From positions 77,376,001 to 77,440,000 of the forward strand of contig NC_043004.1 in assembly GCF_006345805.1 (NCBI RefSeq): a DNA stretch of 64,000 nucleotides, read 5' to 3'. The notes beneath the pieces are model-generated. The model had not been told where the DNA came from. It saw nothing but the letters and a program-made list of their open reading frames with translations, and searched no databases. Of this stretch, positions 1 to 12,896 are shown piece by piece (within the stretch, counting starts at the first letter, position 1; every line of letters begins with the position of its first letter). This DNA comes from Octopus sinensis. Taxonomy: Eukaryota. The position numbers and the translations under genes were made by a program.

Positions 1-112
1 TACTTATTTCTTAAAGCTTATTGGACTCTTTTGCCGAACAGCTAAGTTACGAGGACGTAAACAAAACACCACCGGTTGTCAAGCGGCGGTGGGAGACAAA
101 CACAGACACAAA
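1..112 (-). mobile_element. SINE family A (tRNA-headed, CORE-like), 3' half, cut by window edge
   Basis: Matches the 3' half (ccgaac-gctaagttac-gggacgtaaac-caccgg-ttgtcaagc) of the full-length copies at 13478-13884 and 17114-17540. Confidence 0.8.
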
Positions 113-151
113 ACACGTGCGCGCGTATGTGTGTGTGTGTGTGTATGAGCG

Positions 152-517
152 TGGAGGCGCAATGGCCCAGTGGTTAGGGCAGCGGACTCGCGGTCGTAGG
201 GTCGCGGTTTCAATTCCCAGATCAGGCGATGTGGCTGTTTATTGAGCTAAAACACCTAAAGCTTAAAGGTGGCGAACCCTGCTGTACTCTTTCACCACAA
301 CTTTCTCTCACTCCTTCTTCTTGTTTCTGTTGTACCTGTATTTCAAAGGGGCCAGCCTTGTCACCCTCTGTGTCACGCTGAATCTCCCCGAGAACTACGT
401 TAAGGGTACACATTTCTGTGGAGTGCTCAGCCACTTGCACATTAATTTAACAAGCAGGCTGTTCCGTTGATCGGATCAACTGGAACACTCGTCGTCGTCG
501 TAACCGACGGAGTGCCA
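152..517 (+). mobile_element. SINE family C (tRNA head TGGAGGCGCAATGGCCCAGTGG), long unique tail
   Basis: A-box-like tggcccagtggttagg and B-box-like ggtttcaattcc; the head and first part of the body are shared with copies at 32571 and 58093. Confidence 0.75.
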
Positions 518-822
518 CGATATATATATACTTGTTCTGACCCATTTGAGGTAAGACAGTATTATTGTTCACTGATATTTTTCCTATCTTGTCTGTAATA
601 GATTTGTGACTATTCGGTGGTACAGAAGTATTTTTTGATTTCTATCTTTAGCGATATAGGTACTCATGTAGTACCCTTGTGTATATACGTACATATCTAA
701 TATTGTATGTATATAATTTACTAATTTGCCTGTACGGCTGATAATTCGCTTACCACTCGTGTTGGTATTTTAATAATACCATCCCTATATTTCTTTATAT
801 ATATATATATATATATATATAC

Positions 823-970
823 TACGGGCCTCTTTCTGTTTATGCATGTATGGATGGATAACTAAGGTTATAGTAAAAGACATTTGCCTAAGGTACCGCG
901 CAATAGGACTGAACCCGGAACCATGTAGTCTGGAAGCTAGCTTTTTACCACACAGCTACGCTTGCACCTA
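823..970 (-). mobile_element. SINE family A, degenerate 5' half
   Basis: Contains ggactgaacccggaaccatg and ccacacagc, the reverse complement of the family A head. Confidence 0.7.
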
Positions 971-1539
971 TGTACCTGTTTTTTTCATTTTATTTTTCTT
1001 TGCCCACCGATTTGTATATACAGCATGTATGTATGCATGCGTGCGTGAGTGTGTGAGCGTGCGTGTGTGTGTGTGTGTGTGTACGCGCGCGGTGTGTGTG
1101 TGTGTGGTTAAAATGTTCGCTTGCAATTAAGTGATTCGGAGTTCGATCCTAAAGCAGCCCCGTAATCGGGGTTGGTTAATATCTGATGAGTGAACTTTAG
1201 TTGGTAGACAACCATTCTGAAGCCTGCCCAGTATATATAAATACATAGTATCTGTGGGGAAAGCAGTCCCTGTATTAATGTTTATGTTTAGAGACTAAAA
1301 TTTGTCTACCTTATTTAATATCCCCTTATAGTTCATGGCTTATCGGTTCTATAATTGGAGATCAAGTGAAATAACTACTGTGGTCTGCATGTTCGTCTAA
1401 ACACATCGTGGCAATAGATTGGCATAGCCGCAGTCTAATAACCAGAGCTTGTAAAAGAATAAAAGAACGTGCATATAGAAACACACAAACACACACACAC
1501 ACACATAGTACATACATAATACATACATGCTTACAGTAC

Positions 1540-1544
1540 ATACA

Positions 1545-1578
<34 letters not shown>

Positions 1579-1751
1579 CATACATACATACATACATACA
1601 TACATACAGAACATACTGTAAATACAGTACATACATACGATGGTGCCCCAGCATGACCGCACCTTTGGAGCTGAATCATTTTAAAGAATTTAAACAAAAA
1701 CCATACATACATACATACATACATACATGCATACATGCATACATACATACA

Positions 1752-1785
<34 letters not shown>

Positions 1786-1864
1786 CATATATACATACAT
1801 ACATACATACGTACATACATGCATACATACATACATACATACATACATACATACAAACATACAC

Positions 1865-1897
<33 letters not shown>

Positions 1898-2357
1898 CAT
1901 ATATACATACATACATACATACGTACATACATGCATACATACATACATACATACATACATACATGCATGCATACACACATACATACATACATACATACGT
2001 ACATACATGCATACACATACACCATTCATACATTCATACATACATACATACATACATACATAATACATACATACATACATACATACATACATACATACAT
2101 ACATACGTACGTACATACATACATACATACATACATACACATACATACATACATACATACATACGTACGTACATACATACATACATCTACATACATACAT
2201 ACAACACATACATACATACATCATACATACATACATACATACATATATACATATATACATACATACATACATACGTACATACATGCATACATACATACAT
2301 ACATACATACATACATACATACATACATACATACATACATACATACATACATACACT
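1540..2357. repeat. Long (CATA)n microsatellite with variant units, interrupted near 1610-1700
   Basis: Directly visible tetranucleotide array; source of the YIHT/MYVC pseudo-ORFs. Confidence 0.95.
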
Positions 2358-2657
2358 AGATTTATTATAGCTGTTCTAACAAATTTGCATAAAAATCGTT
2401 TGGAAATAATAGAATTTTCCAAGAAAGAGCATAAAATTAATCTTGCATCTCATTCGTTCGGTTAGTTGCGTATTGAAAATTGCTAAAATATTCCAATGTT
2501 TTCCATTTGAGCTTCCCGGAAGGAACATAGACACACAATTAAATGAGTGCATATAGCATTCACATATAAAGACTATATCTGATACACGAATCTTTAGAAG
2601 AACCGCTCATCATATCTACAGAATTGTATGCGTGGGTACATATCTCAGAAGCTGGAG

Positions 2658-3135
2658 CAGTGCTTCCTAACCGGGGTCCATAAAACCCTTGAAAATTGTA
2701 CGCACATTTTGCTTTGACGGTTAATGGCAGCGAAACCGAGGCTAGGATCGAGCTGAAAATTGGCAAGGATACTAAATGTGTGGTAAGGATGAGACCCACG
2801 ATGGTCAAAATTCGCAAGCTATAAAGATATGGTTGCTATGGTAAAAAGAGTGATCTTTTATCGATTGAAGGCGGACCAGAGCAACTCTAGGTTTGTGCGA
2901 TTGGCTTTTAATGCCCAGCAGTTTTATTTGAGATTTTGTTGAAATTTTGAGCAATAAAATTGTTATGCTTCTACAATATACAAAATATTTTTACAATTTT
3001 AAAAAAATAATTCATAGTAATATTTAATTACAGAAATATAAAGGGATTCTTAAAACATCAAATGGCAATGGTGCTCCATCCGAGTGAAACGGGTATCAAA
3101 GGGGTCCATAGGCAAAATCTAGTTGGAAACCACTG
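2658..3135. mobile_element. hAT-like MITE
   Basis: Imperfect TIRs cagtgcttcctaac / gttggaaaccactg; flanks agctggag (2650-2657) and agctggta (3136-3143) match 6 of 8, consistent with a decayed 8-bp TSD. Confidence 0.6.
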
Positions 3136-3167
3136 AGCTGGTATATATATATATATATCAGTCGCCA

Positions 3168-3400
3168 TGATAGATCGTTAGCCACTACACACATTTTTTC
3201 TCTCTGTGTTTCTCTCCTTGTTTTTTTCTCTCCATGTTTCTCTCCTTGTTTTTTCTGTGTCCTTTTCTGTAGAAGAGCGTAGGCTCGAATCGTAAAAGAC
3301 TTTTTTCTATTCCTGAGCGTTATACTAATACATCTGTTTGTTTTGTACACCACCTGTCTTCGTCTTGCGTTTTTTTTTTTTTTCGTAAACTCTCCCTATA
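3168..3400 (+). repeat. Dispersed repeat, probably a Penelope-like pseudo-LTR fragment
   Basis: Same segment (gaagagcgtaggctcgaaacgtaaaagac...ctgtcttcgtctt) recurs at about 12537-12695 (+) and 46385-46545 (-). Penelope assignment is inferred from the gaagag...cgaaacg end motif. Confidence 0.45.
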
Positions 3401-3407
3401 TATATAT

Positions 3408-4312
3408 ACTAGCAAACGCACCCGTCCTTTCGATGGTTGAAGTTGCTTTCGTGGTATTTTTTTCACCAAATAATTGAACTATTGAGAAGGTTTATGTGTA
3501 GCATGGCAATCTGTTTCCGATTAACCTAGGAACGGAAGATCAAATTGAAGGCTGGTTATTGTGGAGGTCATTGCACTTTGATTATCATAGAACATATAAG
3601 ATTGCAAGAGATGTAAAGTAGAGCTACTGAAGTGTTTTGGGAGTAGATTACGGATAATGACTACAAAATATAGTTGTTTTACATGAAAGCGAAATTTCTT
3701 GTCAGAAACAGCCACATAAATGGTGTAAGGAAATTGAAGGAAGATGTTGAAACTTCCCCTCTGCGAGTTTATTTTTTTTCAACAGCAAAGGGAGCTTTTC
3801 TTTTTTTTTTTCAAGAGAAAAAAATAACAAAAGAGCCCCTGTATATCTATCTTCCCACATGGCCTGTCTGGCATAAACGAACTAGCGAATGCTGCATAAA
3901 GTTAAATTGGTATGGAACTTCCTGATAGGATATACTGTAATCAGCTTTCGATAGTGAAAGCAAAAACTCTCATATTTAAAGGTTGATTCTTTGGGACGAA
4001 TCCATGTGAGTGTTTAAAACTAAAAATGGCAAGACATGACATAGCAGACACGCATAAAAACCTATTGGAAACAAAAAATGGACAACAGTCGAACATAAAG
4101 ACATAATGCCTGGGTAAAGAAGCATCCTTAAAGTGAAACAATGGCATCAAAGGTAAAATAAAAGGGATCAACAATCAGAAGAGAGGGGAGGGAACATCAC
4201 CTTTCAAGTAACTCAGAATAGGTAAAGGCAAGCTTATCAAAGTTTAATGCAGTTTCAATATGTAGATTAAAATAGTTTGGGATTGGATATTCATCACGTA
4301 TAGTTTTCCTAG
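3408..4312 (+). mobile_element. Putative non-autonomous Helitron/Helentron-type element
   Basis: Begins actagcaaacgcacccgtcc right after an (AT)n run, resembling Helentron-associated element 5' ends; the right boundary is uncertain (CTAG near 4310). Confidence 0.35.
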
Positions 4313-4762
4313 TCAACTGAATCACCATCGTAAGTGGACAGCGGAAATAAATAGGCGAAATCCTTTCACTTTTATAAAAAGATTAAAAAGAAAATGAGGG
4401 CAAAAAGCACTCGTTTTTTTCACAATGAAAAATCGTTCCCTAGTAACCGGAATTTCGAGACAAAATATATGTTTATTACGCACAACAGCCTGCAGTGCAT
4501 GCCGCTGGGCATTAAAAGCCAATCGCACAAACCTAGAGTTGCTCTGGTCCGCCTTCAATCGATAAAAGATCACTCTTTTTACCATAGCAACCATATCTTT
4601 ATAGCTTGCGAATTTTGACCATCGTGGGTCTCATCCTTACCACACATTTAGTATCCTTGCCAATTTTCAGCTCGATCCTAGCCTCGGTTTCGCTGCCATT
4701 AACCGTCAAAGCAAAATGTGCGTACAATTTTCGTCCAAGGACTGTTTTATAGATATAGAAGA

Positions 4763-4829
<67 letters not shown>

Positions 4830-4900
4830 CAAAACTTATTGGAGGAGATGAAACGAAACGAAAACGAATCGGATCGACGCGAGGGCGCTCAGTCATACAC

Positions 4901-4936
<36 letters not shown>

Positions 4937-5019
4937 ATATATATATTATATATATTATATACATATATATATTATATATACATATATATACATATATATA
5001 TATATGTGTGGTGTGTGTA

Positions 5020-5257
5020 GAAGGTTGAAAAGGAAGACACGAGTTGATATGTATAAGGAAAAAAGTCAAAGTAGAAAATGCTAAAATAATTTTATCATAA
5101 ATAAACATTTTAGTACCAGTTTCAGTCACTGAAAGTTGAAAAAGTCTCAATGACTGAAGCCAGTACTAAAATGTTTTTATGATAAAATTATTTTAGCATT
5201 TTCTACTTTGACTTTTTTCCTTATACATATCGACTCGTGTCTTCCTTTTCAACCTTC
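5020..5257. mobile_element. Foldback MITE with about 110-bp TIRs
   Basis: gaaggttgaaaaggaagacacgag...ctcgtgtcttccttttcaaccttc; arms almost perfectly complementary, TA on both sides. Confidence 0.8.
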
Positions 5258-5258
5258 T

Positions 5259-5302
<44 letters not shown>

Positions 5303-5337
5303 ACATACATACATACATACATACATACATACATACA

Positions 5338-5369
<32 letters not shown>

Positions 5370-5393
5370 CACTACTCGTGACCAGGAAATTCT

Positions 5394-6000
5394 GAGTTTC
5401 CCAGCAACGGAGTTTTGTTTCGTGATTTTTTTCTTCGTATGCTTTCAACGAATGTAACATCGAAATCACGTGTAAATGGCTCCTTTCCCCAGAAAAGGAA
5501 AGATTTGGCTGCTCTTTCTTACACGCTCTGCTACCACGTAGCAGGTATTTCGGGTCCTTTATCGCAAATAGCTGTTACGTGGTAACAGGGAGTACTAGAA
5601 ATGGCAGTTAAATATTTGAAGGTAACATACGTTGAATGCACTCGAAAAAAACCTATAGAAAAAATACTATTTCACACTGAGGTTACGAACAGGTCTTTTA
5701 CGAAATAGTTACTGTATTTTTAAAGTCATTTTCACTTCAGAATATTTTTTAGATATGCAAAAACAAATTTTTTTAATGATTTTCACTTGAAAATAATTTT
5801 ATAATCTCTCACTCTTCTGTATGTATTTAAGTATAAAGAAAATTTCCCATTTGCAAGGAAAACAAAATTTTTAAAAAAACATTAAAATATTGTTTGTTTA
5901 AAGAAAGCTAAAATATAAATACTTACTGTACAAACAACTTACATTTTTTGAAATCACATTCACTTAAAAATAATTCTAAATGATTAAAACATTGTGTTTA
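5394..6000 (+). repeat. Old dispersed repeat, colinear with 34935-36520
   Basis: 5394-5655 aligns by eye to 34935-35050 plus 35667-35845; 5875-6000 aligns to 36395-36520. Confidence 0.75.
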
Positions 6001-6315
6001 ACAAAAGCGAAAATAGAAACATTTACTGTAAAAAAAAGTGGTATTTTTTCGTCGTCAATTCACTGTCTAATAGAAAGATAAGTGTTTCTTCCCTTTCAGT
6101 ATGAAGATTATTTTCTCATTGAGCACTTTTTGGGGTATTCATACCCCGAAAATCTGTAATATCTCGAAAACCATTTTACCGATTTACGCGAAAATTGTTT
6201 TCATTCCGTTCATATTAACATTTCAGGGTAACCTTAATTCATAGTATTTTCCCACTATACGGCAAGCAAGATTCAAACTGACTTTTAATGAACATATATA
6301 TATATATATATATAT

Positions 6316-6374
<59 letters not shown>

Positions 6375-6380
<6 letters not shown>

Positions 6381-6506
6381 TAGAATAAGTACAAGGCTTA
6401 AAAAAAGAAGAACAAACAAATCCTGGGGGCGATTTTTCGACTAAAACCCTTCAAAGTGGTGCCCCAGCATGGCCGAAGTCAGGTGACTGAAATTAGTAAA
6501 AGATAA
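6375..6506 (+). mobile_element. SINE family A, 3' part
   Basis: gaccgatagaataagtac...gtggtgccccagcatggcc...gactgaaa tail. Confidence 0.75.
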
Positions 6507-6864
6507 CGTTAATGATATAAATACTTGTTTAGAAAAGACATATAGATGCTCCCAAACCTCCACATTCTGATAAGAAAAGGTCGATTGCACCGTATTAGTG
6601 TGATGGTGATGATGATGATGATGATATCACCCATATCAGCGGAAGGTACTCTAAAACATTTGCAAAGTTCTACTTTCTTATTAGTCAAAACTATTTACAA
6701 AGCTGACCAAAAGAAGCGCCGTGCTGGCAGTCATACAAAAAGCACACCGCCTCCAGAATGCATCTGTGGCTTTATACACTAGCGGAACAGTTCAATACAA
6801 GCGGCAATTTCAAACGTACTTAATCAGATATTGTTTTATTATCCCCTTTTTTCTTTATCCCCCC

Positions 6865-7075
6865 TACATGTTTCAGCCGTTAGACTGCGACCATGCTGGA
6901 ACACCACCTTCAAGATTTTTTAGTCGAATGAATCGACCCCAGTACTTATATATATATATAGTTTTTAAAGCCTGGTATTTATTCTGTCGTCTCTTTTGCC
7001 GAACCGTTATGTTACGGGAACGTAAACTCACCAACCCCAGTTGTCAAGTGGTGGGGAGACAAACACAGACATAAG
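6865..7075 (-). mobile_element. SINE family A, 3' half
   Basis: tgtttcagcc...gaccatgctgg...gccgaaccg...ttgtcaag, reverse of the family A tail. Confidence 0.75.
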
Positions 7076-8523
7076 CATACAACACACACACACATACACG
7101 AGGCTATACCACTAGAACAGGGAGTGAGTATGTGGTTCTGATAGGTGGTCTGGCCATTTAGACGAACAATCAAGTAAATTCGCTGTGCATTAAAAGTAGT
7201 CCGAGCCAAAACAGGGTCAAAAACGTGTACGCTGGACACCGATGATCAACCAGGCAGACTTTTGGATGATCCAAATAAATTAAAGCTCTACAGAAGTCAA
7301 ATTTATTATCCCACTTCTCACCCCATGTATCAGTCATATAAAGTAATGGTTAACGTGAACAGATAACCTAGCAATCGCTAGAGTTTGCATTATACCGAGT
7401 TGGACGAGATTAAATTATTCGGCTTATTAACCCTATATTCGAGATAACCAAGTTTCCTCAAAAGTTCCTGAAACACTACATAGGCTCCTTGCACTTTGAA
7501 CTCCCTTTCCTACGTCAATGTGACAATTTTAACAGTAAGTATTGTAGATTTCCAACGAGACCCTCATCAGAAGTCTGTTAGCTGCGGCCTTTGAGAAGAT
7601 TTGATCCGTGCCCTCCACACTCGTTAGTATTGCTTCGTCATGTATTAGAGACAACATCAATCCAATGTTCACCTTTCAGAGAACAGTGAAGCTGACGATT
7701 CTGACACTACGATGATGTTATTGTCATTGTCCCTAATTCTTCCTTTGCGGTCGGTAATTGTTATTGTTGCACTTTTTGTTGTCTTACTTTTGTTTTTGTA
7801 GCAGATATGTTTTTTCTAGTCGTTGTTTATCTTCCCGTCGGTGCTTTCGCTGTTATGATTGTCGGTTTTGTTATTATTGTTGTTTATGTTTTTGTGAATG
7901 TTACTGTAGTGATTGTAATGGTTTGTGAGCTCTTTGGTATGTCTGGTTTGTGATGTCTGGTTTGAATGTCTGGTTTGTGAGCTCTTTGGTATCCCATCGA
8001 ACTTTAATATTTTTTCTCGTTGGACAATGATCACAATTACAGTTTGCTTTTATTCAGTATCCTCTTCCTCTTCATTTGACAAGAATAAGAAACCGGAGGA
8101 GGGTGAGAGCAAAGTCTGATCGATGATTGCGCTTGTGTGTACGTCGCTTGTGTTCTCGTGTAATTTGTTTAGGAAGAGTGTATTCTAAATCAGAACTCTA
8201 GTTTTGTCTTTCTCACAACCCATCACTTGTTAGTGATGTCTCCTGTCAGTTCCCGCTTGACTTGTTCGCTGATGTTTTCCACGAAATCGAAAAGCACACT
8301 CAGCTTCCGATTTATATGTCTATCCCAAGTTGACTGTGTCGGTCAAAAGCTTGTGGTCTGCTCTCTGAAACTGTGGACAACTTTCACAAATCCTATCTGT
8401 TAAGCTAACACAAATGCTATTTAACTGCGACCTAGACGACTCGCTGCAGTTTGTCCAATTCCACACTGACACTTCCAGGAAATCAAGGCAAAACATGAAA
8501 TAACAACAACAACAATAATAATA

Positions 8524-8564
<41 letters not shown>

Positions 8565-8577
8565 AATAATAATAATA

Positions 8578-8604
<27 letters not shown>

Positions 8605-8615
<11 letters not shown>

Positions 8616-9870
8616 GCTTCAAATTTTGGCACAAGGCCAGCAAATTCGAGGGAAGAGTAAGTCGATTATATTGATACCAGTGTTCAACAGATACTTAATT
8701 TACCGACCCCGAAAGGATGAAATGGCAATTCGATCTCGGCGGAATTCTTTTAAAAAAACATTAATAATAATCCTTTCTACTGTAGGCAAAGGTCTGAAAT
8801 TTGGGGAGGAGGGATTAAGTTGTTTACATCGATCCCAGTACTCAACTGGCACTTAATTTATTGATCCCGAAATGATGAAAGGCAAAGTCGACCTCGACGG
8901 AATTTGAACTCAGAGCGTAAAGACGGACGAAACGCCGTTAAGCACTTTTCCCGGTGTGTTAACGATTCTGCCAGTTCGCTGCCTTCCTCAAGAAGAAGAA
9001 GAAGAAGAAGAAGAAGAAGAAGAAGAATCCTTCCTACTATGGGCAAGAGGCTTGAAAACTGGGGGAAGAGTAAAGTCGATTACATTAACCCCGGTGTTTC
9101 ACTGGCACTTAATTTATCGAAGGCAAAGTCGACCTCGGCGGAATTTGAAATCAGAACGTAGCGGCAGACGAAATACCGCTAAGCACTTTGTCCCACGTGT
9201 TAAAGATTCTGCCAACTCGCCGCCTTCCTCAATAATAATAATAATGATAATAATAATAATAATAGCTTCAAATATTTGGTACAAGGCCAGCTATTTTAGT
9301 GTTAGTGGATTACTCGATAACATTTCCCCCAATGCTCAAATGCCACTTATTTCATTGACTCTTTGGATAAAACGAAAAAATCGACTGCAGCAAAATTTAA
9401 ACTCAAAATGTAGAATGCCGGAAATGTGTTAGTTTCAAAATATTCTTTCCTTATTATTGTGTAAAATTAATTGACCATTACGTTATATAAAGAATGCATT
9501 ACAAATGTTCCTAGCAGTTGACGATAGGGAAACTCGTGGAGGACGGTTCACATTAACACCAAACCGATTCTGTTCCATCTACACTAAAATTACAAAAACA
9601 AAAAAAAACAAAAAAACGCATAAAAGCCGTTTGATTCAACTAGGATTAATAAGGATTTCAAAATTTGACACAAGGCCAGCAAGTTCAAGAAAGGACTAAG
9701 TCGGTTACATCGACCTCAGCACTCAACTGGATACTTATTTTAAGGCCCCCGAAAGGATGAAAGGCATAGTCGACCTCGGTAGAATTTGAACTCAGAACAT
9801 AAAGACGGACGAAAAGGCAGACGAAACATTTTCTCCGTGTACTTACGATTCTACCAGCTCACTGCCTTCA
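8605..9870 (-). mobile_element. Stack of at least five SINE family B copies (MetaSINE-like central domain) separated by (AAT)n and (GAA)n tails
   Basis: Repeated gaaaggatgaaaggcaaagtcgacctcggcggaatttgaactcag core at about 8710, 8870, 9120 and 9750, plus a tail-only piece near 9260; heads end in ctgccagctcgccgcc. The Meta-domain name is recalled, not verified. Confidence 0.8.
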
Positions 9871-10462
9871 ACCCAGAATTAATAACAGGGCGAAGCGCAC
9901 ATTAGAAAGTACAAAAATGGAGCTTACAAAATACGACAACACTAGAAACAAACTTATAGCCGAAGGAAATTATACCAATTCAAATAAAGGATCGAAGTTT
10001 TGTCATCAAATTTCTCAAAATAAAATAAAATAATAGTAAATAAATAAAGTAAGGAGAGAAAAAGAATAAGGAGAAACATAGATACGAAAAGAATTTTTCC
10101 GTCGATCAACACTCCGAGGACAAGAAACTGGTATACAGAATTAGAGGAAGATTAACCCACCTTATTTAAGCATAGACTCAGACGTAGGACGAATGTTAAG
10201 GTGCAGATGTGGTTAAGAGATCGATCCAAAAGGCCATTGCGCGTTACTCCGCCGATCAGAGACGGAGAATGAGCCTTCATATTGTCGTTCAGTGCTCAAA
10301 ATGAGGGGTAGATAGACAGCCGACAACTGATGAAGGGTCGTTCTCCGTGTTACTTGTCCTGTTTTCTATTCTTTTCTCCCGTTGTTTGCGTATTTAACTC
10401 GTTTATTTTCGTACTTCATGTTATTTACATAGTTGGTGACGTCCTGTGCCTATATATATATA

Positions 10463-11152
10463 ACTTATAAATCAAGGGCAAAAGAAAACAATTCTAATGC
10501 CAAATATGCCGAAAATAGACAAATTGTCAATAACCATTATAATTTATCACTATTAACATGCGTCTCGAAACTAGCCGAGAGAAATTTCTTTAAAAATCCG
10601 TTGTTACCGTATTGGTCCCAATTTCTGAGTTAATTCAAAAGAATTTTCTCCTCGTCAGCGATAAATACGTAAGACATAAATGAAATACTTACTCATACCC
10701 ATGGAAAAAGCAAGCACTAAGTCATGAGCAGACCTAAGTACCCCAAATATATCTAAAATAGAAAATCTTCAGCATATCTCGAGACACGTGCGATTCGAAC
10801 TAGAAACTTTCACAGAGTGAGAGAGTCCGGAAGTGAACACATCTAAGATAGGATTAAAATTTTTCGAAAAAAATTTCATCAATGGCCAGCATATTAAAAA
10901 TACTTTTAAAGGTTAAATTTATAAATAACTGATAAAACAAGGGCAAAAGAAAAAAATTCTAATACCAAATATGCGGAATTTTTTAGAAATTTCTGTCGGC
11001 TAGTTTCGAGACGCATGTTAATAGTGATAAATTATAATGGTTATTGACAATTTGTCTATTTTCGGCATATTTGGCATTAGAATTGTTTTCTTTTGCCCTT
11101 GTTTTATAAGTGATGCTGGCTTTTTTCGAAAAATTTTATCCTATCTTAGATG

Positions 11153-11153
<1 letters not shown>
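10463..11153. repeat. Foldback or nested inverted duplication
   Basis: 10465-10587 is the reverse complement of 10987-11109 with 2 mismatches; 10839-10873 is inverted at 11121-11153; a third partial direct copy lies at about 10930-10980. Confidence 0.85.
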
Positions 11154-11191
<38 letters not shown>

Positions 11192-12399
11192 CTGTAAATG
11201 TAATATGTGACAATTATTCGGAAGCCATGATAAAACTCTGAGTTTCGGATGCCGAGATGGAAAACCACGCCGCCATCTCTTCAGTTATCGGTCATCGGAA
11301 AAATGCTATGAAAAATGGCCGTTATACAAAGGGAAATTACTGTGTGATTGACCGTTATTAAGACAAAAAAGCTATTCGAATGACCGCTAAGTAAGCGGAG
11401 GGAGTAAAGTAAGGGGGTAAAAAGCTCATAGTATTCGCGTAAGCGCGCCTGTTCATACCTACACATGTGCGCCCGCACACCCTCAGTCGTCTGCCTAAAA
11501 GTATACATTCATCCACCCTCACTTGAAAACGTACACATCCTCACTCTCATCCTTCGCCAACTGTATATGTATATACATACAAACCCACACACATGCACGC
11601 GCACCATAAAGGTTCATACACACGTCTATATACGCACAAGTACAAGAAAAAACAGGGTTATGGGTAACAATACAGAAAAAAGCACAAGGGAGTATACAAA
11701 GAGTAAACCACGTCTTTATATTCACATACCCTTATGCACGCGCACACACACGCCTATATACACACATACCCGCACGCATCTACACACCCACACATGCACG
11801 CACAAAAGGATCATACATACATCTATATGCGCACATACACAAGAAAAACAGGACTAAGGGCAAAAATACAGGAAAAGGTGTAGAAATACTGAGTAAAATA
11901 CGTCTATATACGCAGTACTCGCATGCACGCACACACGCACACATCTATATACGCACATACCCGCACACACGCACACATTCACACGCGCGCACAAAAGATT
12001 CCATATACACATCTATATACGCACAGGGAAAAATACAAGGTGGAAGGTAGAATACAGAAAAATTATGTGTAGAAGATACATAAACAATAAACCTATAAAC
12101 CAATATCTCTATAAATATGTAAGAAATATATGTATAAAAAATATAAACAAAATAAAAAATATATATAAGAAATATAAATTAAATAAAAGGTATAAAGAGA
12201 TAAAAGGCTTGTGCGTGAACACAATATAGAAAGCAAGTTCTATCTGTAGTTTCGGGGAGACCAAAAACGTAACAAATATTTCGCCACATATGGGCATGAT
12301 CCGAAAAGTTCAGTTCTTGAATTCAGACATGTAGCGGGGTCTAAGCTACTTTTCCAGATGAGCCATCTTTCCATATTACATAGACCGCACTTTCCACTG

Positions 12400-12505
12400 C
12401 CGTTGGTGTCTCTGCGTTCTCGCTGAAAAGTAAAGTCTTTCTAGCATGGAAGATTATGTCCTTATCCTGTGTGCTGATTTCTATGAGTACCATTGTTATC
12501 AATAT
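12400..12505 (-). pseudogene. Possible Penelope-like reverse transcriptase fragment
   Basis: Minus strand translates to EISTQDKDIIFHARKTLLFS, resembling the recalled Penelope RT segment DIIxHARKSLLF. Confidence 0.4.
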
Positions 12506-12697
12506 ATATATATATATATATAATATATAATATATATCCTTTTTCCTCTCCTTGTTTTTTCTGTGTCCCTTTCTGTAGAAGAGCGTAGGCTCGAAACGTA
12601 AAAGACTTTTTCTATTCCTGAGCGTTATACTAATACATCTGTTTGTTTTGTAACACCAACTGTCTTCGTCTTTTGTTTTTTCTAAACTCTCCCTATA

Positions 12698-12826
<129 letters not shown>

Positions 12827-12896
12827 TTAATATTGCAATACAATGTATTGCTTTCGGATAAAATAAAGCACCGTAAAGGTAGAAGTATAAATATTG

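Noticed and set aside
7100-8480. Non-repetitive stretch that might be a decayed retroelement ORF (similar cases at 14020-14330 and 15420-15720)
   Set aside because: Manual translation showed multiple stops and no motif I could name.
11225-11292. Hammerhead-ribozyme-like motif (minus strand ctgaaga...catccgaaac), with similar traces near 3270, 7565, 16840 and 20690
   Set aside because: None has a canonical CUGANGA core, a correctly paired stem II and GAAA together; at most decayed Penelope-type remnants. An Infernal search would settle it.
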